A stretch of DNA of 63,881 nucleotides, filler included, from Octopus bimaculoides (lineage: Eukaryota): the NCBI RefSeq assembly GCF_001194135.2. It is 6 parts of 6 records of this genome, joined end to end, with 100 filler letters (N's around TTAATTAATTAA, not from the genome) between each part and the next. Parts side by side here need not be neighbours in the genome. Positions count along the whole stretch, not along the records: positions 1 to 25,139 come from NC_068981.1; 5 more parts are not named here. The stretch is one strand, 5' to 3'. Position 1 is the first letter of the stretch. Each line of letters opens with the position of its first letter. The notes beneath the pieces were generated by a model. That model was not told the origin of the DNA and ran no database searches. It saw only the letters and a list, made by a program, of their open reading frames with translations. A program made the position numbers and the translations under genes. This document shows, piece by piece, positions 12,991 through 24,445 of the stretch.

Positions 12991-13846
12991 ATCATCATCA
13001 TCATCATCATCATCATCATCGTTTAACGTCCGCTTTCCATGCTAGCATGGGTTGGACGATTTGACTGAGGACTGGTGAAACCGGATGGCAACACCAGGCT
13101 CCAGTCTAATTTGGCAGAGTTTCTACAGCTGGATGCCCTTCCTAACGCCAACCACTCAGAGAGTGTAGTGGGTGCTTTTACGTGTCACCCGCACGAAAAC
13201 GGCCACGCTCGAAATGGTGTCTTTTATGTGCCANNNNNNNNNNNNNNNNNNNNNNNNNNNNNNNNNNNNNNNNNNNNNNNNNNNNNNNNNNNNNNNNNNN
13301 NNNNNNNNNNNNNNNNNNNNNNNNNNNNNNNNNNNNNNNNNNNNNNNNNNNNNNNNNNNNNNNNNNNNNNNNNNNNNNNNNNNNNNNNNNNNNNNNNNNN
13401 NNNNNNNNNNNNNNNNNNNNNNNNNNNNNNNNNNNNNNNNNNNNNNNNNNNNNNNNNNNNNNNNNNNNNNNNNNNNNNNNNNNNNNNNNNNNNNNNNNNN
13501 NNNNNNNNNNNNNNNNNNNNNNNNNNNGAAGGTCTTGCCTCACCACCTCAGCCCAGGTCTTCCTGGGCCTACCTCTTCCACGGGTTCCCTCAACTGTTAG
13601 GGTGTGGCACTTTTTCACGCAGCTATCCTCATCCATTCTCATCACATGTCCATACCAGCGCAATCGTCTATCTTGCACGCCACAACTGATGCTTCTAATG
13701 TTCAGCTTTTCTCTCAAGATACTTACACTCTGACGGGTATTCACATTGACATTACACATCCAACGGAGCATACTGGCTTCATTCCTTGCGAGCTTACGTA
13801 TGTCCTCAGCAGTTACAGCCCATGTTTCACTGCCATGTAGCATGGC
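12991..13846 (-). mobile_element. Young 5'-truncated RTE LINE (RT C-terminus + 3' UTR + (GAT)n tail) spanning a gap
   Basis: 13528-13843 encodes an uninterrupted MLHGSETWAVT...RRLRWYGHVMRMDEDSCVKKC...GTRGRGRPRKTWAEVVRQDL; 12991-13233 is the family 3' UTR and tail in the same orientation. Confidence 0.85.
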
Positions 13847-13849
13847 TCA

Positions 13850-14040
13850 GTATTTTAAATTCGGGGGTTTGTCCCCATTAACGGGCTGGATCTGCCTCAA
13901 TGCCATAACAACTGCCCTCTTGCCTGGTTTTGGGCGTCCCTCTTTTTCAAACCAACCCTCCCAATCTCCTCCTCCACCTGTCCCCTCCACCTGTCCCTTC
14001 CACCTTTTCTTTCGTCTACCTTGCTTTCGCACTCCATTTA
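13850..14040 (-). mobile_element. 3' end of an older RTE element
   Basis: Minus strand RKKRWKGQVE...EIGRVGLKKRDAQN...atccagcccgttaatggggacaaacc, resembling RTE C-termini (K.W...V...VGL...DA.NR) and their terminal motif. Confidence 0.45.
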
Positions 14041-14159
14041 CCATTGTGGTTCATAAAATAGAGTCTAATCAAATACTGGGGTCAATGTAAACGAAAAACC
14101 CCTGCCTTTAAAATTGATCTTCCTTGTGCCTAAATCAAAATCCATTGTTGTTGTTATTA

Positions 14160-14378
14160 TTAACCCTTTTGATACAAAACCGTCTGAAACTGCTTCTGGC
14201 TCTGTAGTACAAAAGTCTTGTTTTCAAAAGTTCTGAATTAAAATCTTCCACCAAACCTCAGTCACAATTTATATTCCTAATACTAGTTTAATGATAACTA
14301 AGTTATTTTACTAAATTCTTTGTTATATTTAAAATTAATTGAAAGAAACACAGAGTATCTCAACAAAAATATGGTAAG
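14160..14378 (+). mobile_element. piggyBac-like MITE
   Basis: Starts TTAA-CCCTTT (piggyBac target site and terminus); inverted copy at 2915-3104. Confidence 0.6.
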
Positions 14379-14588
14379 ATGAAACTTTCAGGGATGTTTG
14401 GCCTTGTGACTGGCATGGTCTCATTAGATTTTGGGATTTATCCAGTTCTGGACAAAGAGCCTGGATTATTTTTCCGATTTCTTTTTACTTTACATGTATA
14501 TGTGATTCATATAGTTCTCTTGTACTTGTACACATACACACATATACTCACACATTTTCAGCATTGACCATTACCATTCCATTTCCAT

Positions 14589-14628
<40 letters not shown>

Positions 14629-15171
14629 CAAACATATCTCTCTTTTACACACACATATATTCATACTTCAAACACCGTTTATCAGCTTTTTCACTTTTTC
14701 CTTCGTTATTCATCTGTAACCCCTTCCTTTCTCATTTATACACACTCTCTTTGTCACTTCGTTTCGTCTTTCTCATTGTCATTGCTTTCTCTCACTCCAT
14801 CTCAGTCATGGCTATAACTCTCACTACTTCTCCTTCACTGTATTAGTATTTCATCTCCTCTCCTTTCACCTCTCACTCAATATATATATATATATATATA
14901 TATANNNNNNNNNNNNNNNNNNNNNNNNNNNNNNNNNNNNNNNNNNNNNNNNNNNNNNNNNNNNNNNNNNNNNNNNNNNNNNNNNNNNNNNNNNNNNNNN
15001 NNNNNNNNNNNNNNNNNNNNNNNNNNNNNNNNNNNNNNNNNNNNNNNNNNNNNNNNNNNNNNNNNNNNNNNNNNNNNNNNNNNNNNNNNNNNNNNNNNNN
15101 NNNNNNNNNNNNNNNNNNNNNNNNNNNNNNNNNNNNNNNNNNNNNNNNNNNNNNNNNNNNNNNNNNNNNNN

Positions 15172-15479
15172 NTCTAACGGATTTTGTGTGTTATTTTAAA
15201 TGGCTCATAAACACCTTCCACGCTGCAATTGTTTTCGTTCCAGCACACGATCTCAGATCAGGTCACTTGCTATGCAAGTACATCTCCGTAATATATATAT
15301 ATATATATATATATTATTTTCCTGTTTGAGAGCGGTCGGGTTCATTTTTAGCATTCTCATTTGTGAGAGCAGTCCAGTTTATTTCAGATATTCTCATTTC
15401 AAAAATCATCTCCAGCTAATCATTGAGAGGACGTTGGTGTTGCCTTGGCGGAGGTTTTCACTCTCTGAGTGCTCTTGTT
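15172..15479 (+). mobile_element. Possible Helentron-associated non-autonomous element end
   Basis: Ends ggcggaggttttcactctctgagtgctcttgtt with a short CACTC-TCT-GAGTG hairpin near the terminus, as in Helentron/HINE 3' ends. Confidence 0.3.
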
Positions 15480-16529
15480 ATCATTGTTACTGGAGGCATC
15501 ATTAATGTAGCAGCTGCTCACTTTCTTTGAGCCAACATGATTTATTCTTCACAATTCCTTGAATGACTTAGCAAAGACTCCTTGCGCTGCCAAGAATTGC
15601 TATTTTGTGAATGAGTTCATTTTCCATTTCTATAAGGTCGTCAACTGGAAGAAATTCTAATGCTTAGCAGTATTTCTTTTGAGTTTATATTCTGAGTTCA
15701 AATATTGCCAAAGTCAGCTTCACCTTTGATCTTTTTGAGATTTATTAAATAAAGCAGCAATAAAACAATGTGGTTGATGTAGTTGACTATCCCTGCCCCT
15801 AAAATTGCTGGCCTTGTGCCAAAATTTGAAACCATCGCTATTATTATGCCTTGTGACCTTTTTTTCCCAGCTTTATGTTCTGAGTTCACATTTCACTGAG
15901 GTCGACCTTGCCTTTCATCCTTTTGAGGTCGATAAAAAGGATGATCAAACACTGGGATCAATGTAATTGATTAAATCGACTAATCCCTTCCTTAAGAATT
16001 TCAGACCTTCTGTCTTTAGTAAAAGGGATTATTATTATTACTAGCTGGCCCCGTGTCATCAAAAATGACAACTAATTGAAGTATTTTACATATAAATATG
16101 GAGGGTAAATCAAATTAATACACTCGTTAATGTTATCTAGTGGTTGTCTTTTGAGTGGTATGGAAAGTGCAGTCAGAGAGTATTTTGGTGATTTATGGAT
16201 GGTATACAGTGAGGGCATTCTATGGTGCAATGGACAGTATAGACTGGTGACATGTGGGAATATAATCATCTTATAAGAACAGTGTGTGCTGATGTTATTC
16301 TGTGCAGATACAGACAGTGTAGGACGAGGCTACTTATTTGGGTTTGAACAATGAAGAGTAGAGACATTCTGTGGTGTTACAAATAGTTTACACTTTTCCA
16401 ATAAATACACAGGTTTTGATTTGAATTGATTTTATACTCGCATTTCATGTGAAACTGAAAGAAATATTGAACGAGAAAGAGGGAGGGAGAGAAAGAATGA
16501 GAGAGAGAGAGAGGTGTTTATTGTATTAT

Positions 16530-16593
<64 letters not shown>

Positions 16594-16994
16594 TATGTAT
16601 ATAATATATGTATATCTTAGATATTTTGGTATTGTTTTGGCACTTTGGGGTAGTTGTCTTTAACTACAGCCTCAGGCCAACCAAAACATTGTGACTGAAT
16701 TTGGTAGATGGAAACTGAAAGAAACTTGTATATATATACACACATATATATAGAGCAATAAGAAAATGGAGGGGATTAATAGGTGGTATTCAGCAACTTT
16801 TAGACATTATATTATGTCAATTTATTTACTTACTAAAAGGACAATTCTAACAATATACATACATATATGACATGATAACCTTGCATATATAATATATAAA
16901 ATATAAAATATAAAATACCAGTAATCATTAAAATATAACATATAGCAATAGAAATTGGGATAGAGTGTTTTGGAAATTCCTTGATACAGTTATA

Positions 16995-17129
16995 ATATTT
17001 GGAGAGAAGATTTTTTCTCAAAGAGTTTTAATTGAGAAAAGAACCTTTTTAGGTTAATGTCTTTTGACTTTCTAAAAACGTTCTTTTCTCAATCTTAACT
17101 CTTTGAGAAAAAATCTTCTCTCCAAATAT
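16995..17129. repeat. Long inverted repeat (58-bp arms, 19-nt loop)
   Basis: 16995-17052 is the reverse complement of 17072-17129 with about 4 mismatches. Confidence 0.9.
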
Positions 17130-17152
17130 ATAAATATATATATATATATATA

Positions 17153-17327
17153 TACCGCCTGACTGGACTTCGTAGGATTTTCGAGCGAGATCGTTGCCAG
17201 TGCCCCTGGACTGGCTCTTGTGCGGGTGGCACATAAAATACACCATTTTGAGCATGGCCGTTGCCAGTACCGCCTGACTGGCCTTCGTGCGGGTGACATG
17301 TAAAAGCACCCACTACACTCTCTGAGT
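17153..17327 (+). mobile_element. Young RTE 3' UTR copy, truncated by a gap
   Basis: gagcgagatcgttgccagtgcccctggactggctcttgtgcgggtggcacata...gcacccactacactctctgagt, near-identical to other young copies. Confidence 0.85.
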
Positions 17328-17595
17328 NNNNNNNNNNNNNNNNNNNNNNNNNNNNNNNNNNNNNNNNNNNNNNNNNNNNNNNNNNNNNNNNNNNNNNNNN
17401 NNNNNNNNNNNNNNNNNNNNNNNNNNNNNNNNNNNNNNNNNNNNNNNNNNNNNNNNNNNNNNNNNNNNNNNNNNNNNNNNNNNNNNNNNNNNNNNNNNNN
17501 NNNNNNNNNNNNNNNNNNNNNNNNNNNNNNNNNNNNNNNNNNNNNNNNNNNNNNNNNNNNNNNNNNNNNNNNNNNNNNNNNNNNNNNNNNNNNNN

Positions 17596-17628
<33 letters not shown>

Positions 17629-18199
17629 TGGTGTATCTTGGGAGAGACATTATGCCAATAGTATGTCAATAATAAACATGTGCACTGTGTATGTGTTTGT
17701 AATTGGCATAATGACTTTCCAGAGATACACCAAAATATGTTTCAGCACATGAGTTCACAAGAAGAATCTTGCAAATCAAATAGAAAAATGAAACATATGT
17801 GTGGGTTGTGTGTCTTGTCTCCTTGTCTTGACATCATGCAATTGGTGACATACACACATCAGTATCAGTGGTGGGGAACAACACAAACATAAACACATGC
17901 ACACACACACATACATACATACACACACATGACAGGCTTCTTTCTATTTCTGCCTTCCAAATCCACTTACAAGAATTTGGTCAACCTGAGTCTATAGTAG
18001 AAGACAAAGTGTGATTGATACCAAAAACCACGTGGTTGGGAAGCAAGCTTCTTATCATACACCCATGCCTACTCCTAAATATCTATATTTAAAATATACA
18101 CACTTACACACACATATAGAAAATGTTAAAAATATTCCACAGAAATCTGGAAATAAGCAAAAATAACGAAAGGAAGAAAGTGTACAATTCTTTTTTACA

Positions 18200-18480
18200 T
18201 TCCAGTAATTAATTCCAAAGTACATACTTACAATTATGTCAAACTACAATTAAATGTATTCATAAGCAGATTATCACAATCAAATCATTTGGAAAGAGAT
18301 TATTACATATTCCAGAATATGATATCATACACAAAATACATTCCTATAATCAAATCATTTCAAGATTATGTATTCCAAAGTACATTTTTACATTCAAATC
18401 ATTTCAAAACATTATTAACATTTCAAAGCACATAATTACAAAAACACATAATTAGATATTCCAAAGTACATAATTCCAAA
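18200..18480. repeat. Degenerate AT-rich minisatellite
   Basis: Recurring attccaaagtacata and caaatcattt units. Confidence 0.45.
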
Positions 18481-18784
18481 CCAGTTTCACTTCTTATAGT
18501 TGATGTTCATTGCAGTGAAATAGGCAAGTGGCCAAGTAGTTAAGGTGTTGGATTCATTCTCATGAGTTGGTGATTACAACAATAACAACCATGATAGTGA
18601 TGGTGGTAAGGAGATTGGCTGTGATGATGATGACAATGACGACAACAACAATGATGATGATAATGTTAGTTGTAGTGCTGCTTGTGGTAAAGATGATAAT
18701 GGTAATGAAGAGGATTATAATAACCAATGTAAATTTTAATCTTAGTTTTAGCTCCTCCCACTTCTCATTGGCCATTGTGTGATG

Positions 18785-19148
18785 AGAGATCTCCACCCAG
18801 GCTCCAATCTGATCTGGCAATGTTTCTACAGCTGGATGCCCTTCCTTATGCCAATCACTTCACGAGTGTAGTGGGTGCTTTTTACGTGCCACTGGCACAG
18901 GGGCCTGAAGGGGCTGGCATCAACCATGTTTGGATGGTGCTTTTACGTGCCACTGGCACGGGAACCAGTCAAGGTGGCACTGGCATTGGACACATTCGGA
19001 TGATGCTTTTTATGTGCCACCAGCACAGTAGCAGTTGGGGCGAGGGGGCTGGCATCGACCCCGTTCAGATGGTGCTTTTTACATGCCACCGGCATGGGCA
19101 GCTAGTCAGGTGGCGCTGGCATCAGCCACAACTACAATTTCCATTTGA
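18785..19148 (-). mobile_element. Older RTE-tail element with four tandem ~62-69-nt palindrome-cored units
   Basis: Family core ctacagctggatgcccttcct plus units ggtgcttttta(c/t)(g/a)tgccac(t/c)(g/a)gca(c/t) at 18874, 18936, 19002 and 19071. Confidence 0.75.
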
Positions 19149-19149
19149 T

Positions 19150-19617
19150 TGTAGTTTGAGAGGCGATGACTACTGACCGAGACCTTTGGAAATGTGCTGT
19201 GCGTGAGAAGACCCGGCAAGCCAAGTGAGATCGTTGCCAGTGCCCCTGGACTGGCTCTTGTGCGGGTGGCACATAAGATGTACCATCCTGAGCATGACCG
19301 TTGCCAGTACCGCCTGACTGGCCTTGTAAGGTTTTCGAGCGAGATCGTTGCCAGTGCCCCCGGACTGGCTCTTGTGCGGGTGGCACATAAAAGACACTAT
19401 TTCGAGCGTGGCCGTTTTCGTGCGGGTGACACATAAAAGCACCCACTACACTCTCTGAGTGGTTGGTGTTAGGAAGGGCATCCAGCTGTAGAAACTCTGC
19501 CAAATTAGATTGGAGCCTGGTGTAGCCATCCGGTTGCACCAGTCCTCAGTCAAATCGTCCAACCCATGTTAGCATGGAAAGCGGACGTTAAACGATGATG
19601 ATGATGATGATGATGTT
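19150..19617 (+). mobile_element. 5'-truncated RTE LINE: last ~22 codons, stop, 3' UTR, (GAT)n tail
   Basis: EAMTTDRDLWKCAVREKTRQAK* (TGA at 19226-19228) leads directly into the abundant repeat, showing that the repeat is a LINE 3' UTR; internal ~113-bp duplication. Confidence 0.85.
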
Positions 19618-19973
19618 GATGTACTCTAGGTTAGAAACCAATTCTTTCTCTATTGGCAAGAAATCTGGAAATAAAGCTGACTCATGACATACATAGATCC
19701 AATCCATCACTGGAACTGTAAAAATCTGTAAAACTTTCCAGAAGTTTAACATTTAAATATATATGAGCATGTCTAGATATGCAATTACATGCATGAGAAT
19801 ACATATATAAAACATATAAATCTGCACATACATACATACATACATACATACATACATACATGCATACATACATATACAACCATCACTGGAACTGTAAAAA
19901 TCTGTAAAACTTTCCAGAAGTTTAGCATTTAGATATATATGAGCATGTCTAGATATGCAACTATATGCATGAG

Positions 19974-20169
19974 TTCTATATTTAAGAGATGAAGAATTAT
20001 GTACATTATTTACTTTATTTACATTTGACGGATATTTGTCTGCATCTTGTTTGTTGTTAACACAATGTTTCAGCTGATATACCCTCCAGACTTCATCAGG
20101 GCATATGGCGTAGTGGTTAAGAGCGCGGGCTACTAATCCCAAGATTCCGAGTTAGATTCCAGGCAGTAA

Positions 20170-20205
<36 letters not shown>

Positions 20206-20356
20206 TAATAATAATAATCATAATAATAATAATAACAACATCAAAAAATACCTTAGGAATGAGAACCCAGGTTTGAAATTTCCCCAAGACACCTGAAATG
20301 TGTTAACAAACAAGATGAGGACAAAAATCCGTCAAATGTAAATAATGTAAATAATG
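19974..20356. mobile_element. tRNA-headed short element with Penelope-type hammerhead tail and inverted terminal copy, 12-bp TSD
   Basis: TSD tatatgcatgag at 19962-19973 and 20357-20368; A box TGGCGTAGTGG (20106-20116); B box GAGTTAGATTCC (20149-20160); (AAT)n; tail 20288-20356 repeated in inverted orientation at 19974-20100. Confidence 0.7.
20051..20100 (-). ncRNA. Degenerate minimal type I hammerhead ribozyme motif
   Basis: Minus strand CUGAUGA-A-GUCUG-GAGGGUAUAU-CAGCU-GAAAC-AUU-GUGUU. Conserved CUGAUGA and GAAAC boxes flank stem II; the stem I 5' strand GACAC survives only in the sister copy at 20288-20292. This copy is probably inactive. Confidence 0.55.
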
Positions 20357-21199
20357 TATATGCATGAGAATACATATATAAAACACACCAATCTGCACAT
20401 ACATACATACATACATACATACATAAATACATACATACATACATTGTATCTTTTACTTGTTTCAGTCATTTGATGCAGCCATGCTGGGTCACCACCTTGA
20501 AGGGTCTTTACTCAAACAAATCAACCCCAAGACCTATTTTTTAAACCTAGTACTTATTCTATCAGTCTCTTTTGCCAAACCACTAAGTAATGAGAATGTA
20601 AACACACCAATACCAGTTGTCAAGTGGTGATGGTAGACAAACACAGACACACAGACACACACACTCACACATACAAACATACACACATACATACATACAT
20701 ACATACATACATACATACATACAAACGAAAATACCCTGTTGTTGATGTTGAAATTCCAATGAAGGAGCCTTGAATTTAGGTTAGAAACCGGGTCTTTCTC
20801 TATTGGCAAAAAATCTAGAAATAAAACTGAACAATGACATACATACGAACATACATATGTACACAGCACATACTGCTACATTGCTGACCCCACCCAGTAT
20901 TTAATGTGGTTCAAATAAATATTTGACAAACACTCACAATCAAAGTTAGTATATCTGATATAGTTATACCTGGATTTATAAGGTATTCGACACCTACCAC
21001 AGGTGGTAGTTTTAAGGGTAGATTTATCATTGAAAGCTTTAATCAATATCTTAACACTATTTGTTGAACTATTTTGCTGTTGAGGGTGGTGGGGTGTTAT
21101 TGTTGTTGTAGGAGTTGCTATTTTTTGCTTTTAAGTAAATATTTATTTAAACTAACTTAATTATATTTTTGTAGGGTGGGTCAGCTTTGTACCAGTATG

Positions 21200-21575
21200 T
21201 GGTATGTATGTAAATGTGTGTGTGTGTATGTATGTATGCATGTATGTATGCATGTATGTATGTACATAAGTATGCAATTATGTATGTATTTATGTATGAA
21301 TCCATGTGTCTGTATGTATATATGTATATATGTATGTATATATGTATGTAAGTATGTATGTATGCATGTACGTATCTATGTATGTATGCACATATTCACT
21401 TATGTATGTTTGTAGGTGTCTGTATGTATGTGTGCATGTGTGTGCATGAGCTTATGTATGTGTGTATGCTTGTATATATTCCCATATGTATACATGCATG
21501 TATGTGTGTGTGTATGTGTGCATGTGTGTATGTACATATATATGTGTATAAGAATGTATTTATGTATGTATGTTT
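21200..21575. repeat. Compound (TATG)n/(TG)n microsatellite
   Basis: Direct inspection. Confidence 0.95.
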
Positions 21576-22025
21576 AAGTGATATTAATATTTGTAGACTT
21601 ACAAAAAACTTCCAATTAGATCAAAAATTCTTTAAGTACCATGACTGGATGGCACCCCACCACAGATGATCTGCACCTNNNNNNNNNNNNNNNNNNNNNN
21701 NNNNNNNNNNNNNNNNNNNNNNNNNNNNNNNNNNNNNNNNNNNNNNNNNNNNNNNNNNNNNNNNNNNNNNNNNNNNNNNNNNNNNNNNNNNNNNNNNNNN
21801 NNNNNNNNNNNNNNNNNNNNNNNNNNNNNNNNNNNNNNNNNNNNNNNNNNNNNNNNNNNNNNNNNNNNNNNNNNNNNNNNNNNNNNNNNNNNNNNNNNNN
21901 NNNNNNNNNNNNNNNNNNNNNNNNNNNNNNNNNNNNNNNNNNNNNNNNNNNNNNNNNNNNNNNNNNNNNNNNNNNNNNNNNNNNNNNNNNNNNNNNNNNN
22001 NNNNNNNNNNNNATCATCATCATCA

Positions 22026-22270
22026 GGCGCGTGGCTTAGTGGTTAAGGTGTCAGCATCATGATCATAAGATTGTGGTTTCGATTCCTGGACTGGGCGACA
22101 CGTTGTGTTCTTGACCAAAACACTTCATTTCACATTGCTCCAGTCCACTCAGCTGGCAAAAATGAGTAATGCTGTGATGGACTGGCGTCCCGTCCAGCTG
22201 GAGAACACATACGCCATTGAAACCTGGAAACCGGGCCCATGAGCCTGGCTAGGCTTTAAAAGGGCGCATT
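22026..22270 (+). mobile_element. tRNA-derived SINE with conserved central domain
   Basis: A box TGGCTTAGTGG (22032), B box GGTTTCGATTCC (22075), then gtgttcttgaccaaaacacttcatttcacattgctccagtccactcagctgg. Confidence 0.8.
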
Positions 22271-22297
22271 TATTTTATATATTTTATATATTTATAC

Positions 22298-22456
22298 GAC
22301 AGGCTTCTTTCAGTTTCCGTCTACCAAATCCACTCACAAAGCTTTGGTCGACCCGAGGCTATAGTAGAAGACACTTGCCCAAGGTGCCACGCAGTGGGAC
22401 TGAACCCAGAACCATGTGGTTGGTATGCAAGCTACTTACCACACAGCCACTCCTAC
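22298..22456 (-). mobile_element. tRNA-derived SINE (9421 family), 5' half
   Basis: Reverse complement of ggagtggctgtgtggtaagtagcttgc...ggttctgggttcagtcccactgcgtggcaccttgggcaagtg. Confidence 0.85.
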
Positions 22457-22804
22457 TTTTCCCAGATATCAGAGCCACCATTTTTGCCCTTGATGGTGAA
22501 AATGGAACTGTGATGCAATTGCCAGAATTCTTTAAGGGGTTACTTTAGGACTCATTCTTTTTTTTTACCGTTGTCCCTGATTATGTACTTCAAGTATTTA
22601 CAACAAACAGTAAAAGCCTTCTAGTTATTTCAGGGCAATTTTCATGCTGTTCATCCAAACGAATTCTTTCATGTTCAACCCAGGGCATTCTGGAAAAATG
22701 GTTGGTGTTAAGAAAGGGCATCCAGCTGTAGAAACCGAGAGCTGAAACAGATTATAGAACCTGGTGTGGGCCCTGGACTTGCCAGCTCCTATCAAACTGT
22801 CCAA

Positions 22805-22926
22805 GTCATGATGGTGATGATGATGAGGATGAGGAAGAGGTGTAGGAGGACGATGAGGAGGAGGAAGAGGATGATGATGATGAGTATGAGGTGTAGGAGG
22901 ATGAGGAAGAAGAGGAGAATGAGAAT

Positions 22927-22957
<31 letters not shown>
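22805..22957. repeat. (GAT)n/(GAG)n low-complexity tract extending an RTE-tail repeat
   Basis: Follows the family core aagaaagggcatccagctgtagaaac at ~22710. Confidence 0.85.
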
Positions 22958-23059
22958 TCTGTGTGTAAGAGACTGGCATCATCCATATATAAGGTGTGGG
23001 TGGGAGAAAATTAGAGGTGGTGTGTGGTAGTGAAACATGGACAATAATTGCTTGCACAA

Positions 23060-23073
23060 TCTCTATCTATTTT

Positions 23074-23158
<85 letters not shown>

Positions 23159-23165
23159 TTTTCTG

Positions 23166-23238
<73 letters not shown>

Positions 23239-23271
23239 TTATCTATGTCTCTCTCTGTCTCTGTCTCTCTG

Positions 23272-23322
<51 letters not shown>

Positions 23323-23385
23323 GTCTGTCTGTCTGTCTATCTGTCTGTCTGTCTGTCTGTCTGTTTATATCTGTCTCTCTCTGTC

Positions 23386-23442
<57 letters not shown>

Positions 23443-23490
23443 GTCTGTCTATCTGTCTGTCTGTCTATCTGTCTGTCTATCTATCTCCAC
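23060..23490. repeat. Compound (TCTA)n/(TCTG)n/(TC)n microsatellite
   Basis: Direct inspection; explains the spurious LSVC/LSIY ORFs. Confidence 0.95.
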
Positions 23491-24247
23491 ATTATATACA
23501 TACACACATACAAACATGCATACATACATACATACATGTATGTATATACATACATGTGTGTGACTGTGTGTGTATACATTCTACGCAAACATACGTTCCT
23601 ACATTTTTCCCTACCTTATACCTGCACCAGATACGAGACTAACTAGAACCTTCCTAACTTCTTCCCCTGGTATTTCTCTTCATATACCACCTCCTGACAA
23701 CCATCACCACAATAACAACAACAACATCAACAACAACAACCACAGTTACTAATATCTCTCGACCCCCCTCCCTTACCATATCTGTACCATTGACCTATTA
23801 CCTCCTTACTTGAGACCCCACCTTTGCAACCTCCGCACAAACACACACACACGTACACATACACACACATGTACAGAAACACACACACACGCACATGCAC
23901 ACAGATCCACCAAAGTCATCACCCCCTCCACTAACCACCACTTCTCGTACACCCAACTGCATACCTACACCCATTTACTATGTACCACTAGACAATCGTT
24001 GCCACTGCCACCACCACCACAACCACCACCGCCACCACCACCACCACCGCCACCAATATGTCTTATCTTAGATATTTCTGTTGTCAAGCTAACAGTGTCT
24101 AAGTGTCGTTTTGTGTGTATGGATTTGTGTATGCGCATGCGGGTACATGAGTACGCGTGTGTGTGGTGGTAGTGGTAGTAGTATTACTGGTGGTTCTTGT
24201 CGCGAGAACTGTAAAAAATTGGTGTTGAGCGTTTGGGGGTCCCCAAT

Positions 24248-24445
24248 ATGGCATTTAACAGAAGACATTCTTTAAAAGAGAGTTCCGACCAGAAGCCAGC
24301 CTTTCTTACTCGACTTCATCGTAGACTCAGTCTACCAAGAAAATATGCCTCAAAGAAGAAACGGAAAACATCAGAGGCTTCTCATAATTCTTTGGATCAA
24401 CCTTTCTTGGATTCTCATTTTGAAAAGTCTCATCAGTTGTCAGAG
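24248..24445 (+). CDS. Candidate first coding exon of an unidentified gene (66 codons)
   Basis: Good Kozak context (aatATGg); non-repetitive, protein-like MAFNRRHSLKESSDQKPAFLTRLHRRLSLPRKYASKKKRKTSEASHNSLDQPFLDSHFEKSHQLSE; ends at a phase-0 GAG|gtaacg donor; locally CpG-retaining. No homolog recognised. Confidence 0.4.

Noticed and set aside
18874-19095. CRISPR-like repeat-spacer array
   Set aside because: Eukaryotic context, spacers are homologous to each other, no cas genes, and the units lie inside a retroelement 3' UTR.
20101-20165. Functional tRNA gene (also the heads at 9421, 22026 and 54807)
   Set aside because: A and B boxes are present, but there is no complete cloverleaf acceptor stem or Pol III terminator; they run into SINE bodies.
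22996-23646. Long ORFs (171-216 aa)
   Set aside because: Translations of TCTA/TCTG microsatellites. The same applies to the ORFs at 21176-21669, 40338-40796 and 55177-55525, and to all N-spanning ORFs.
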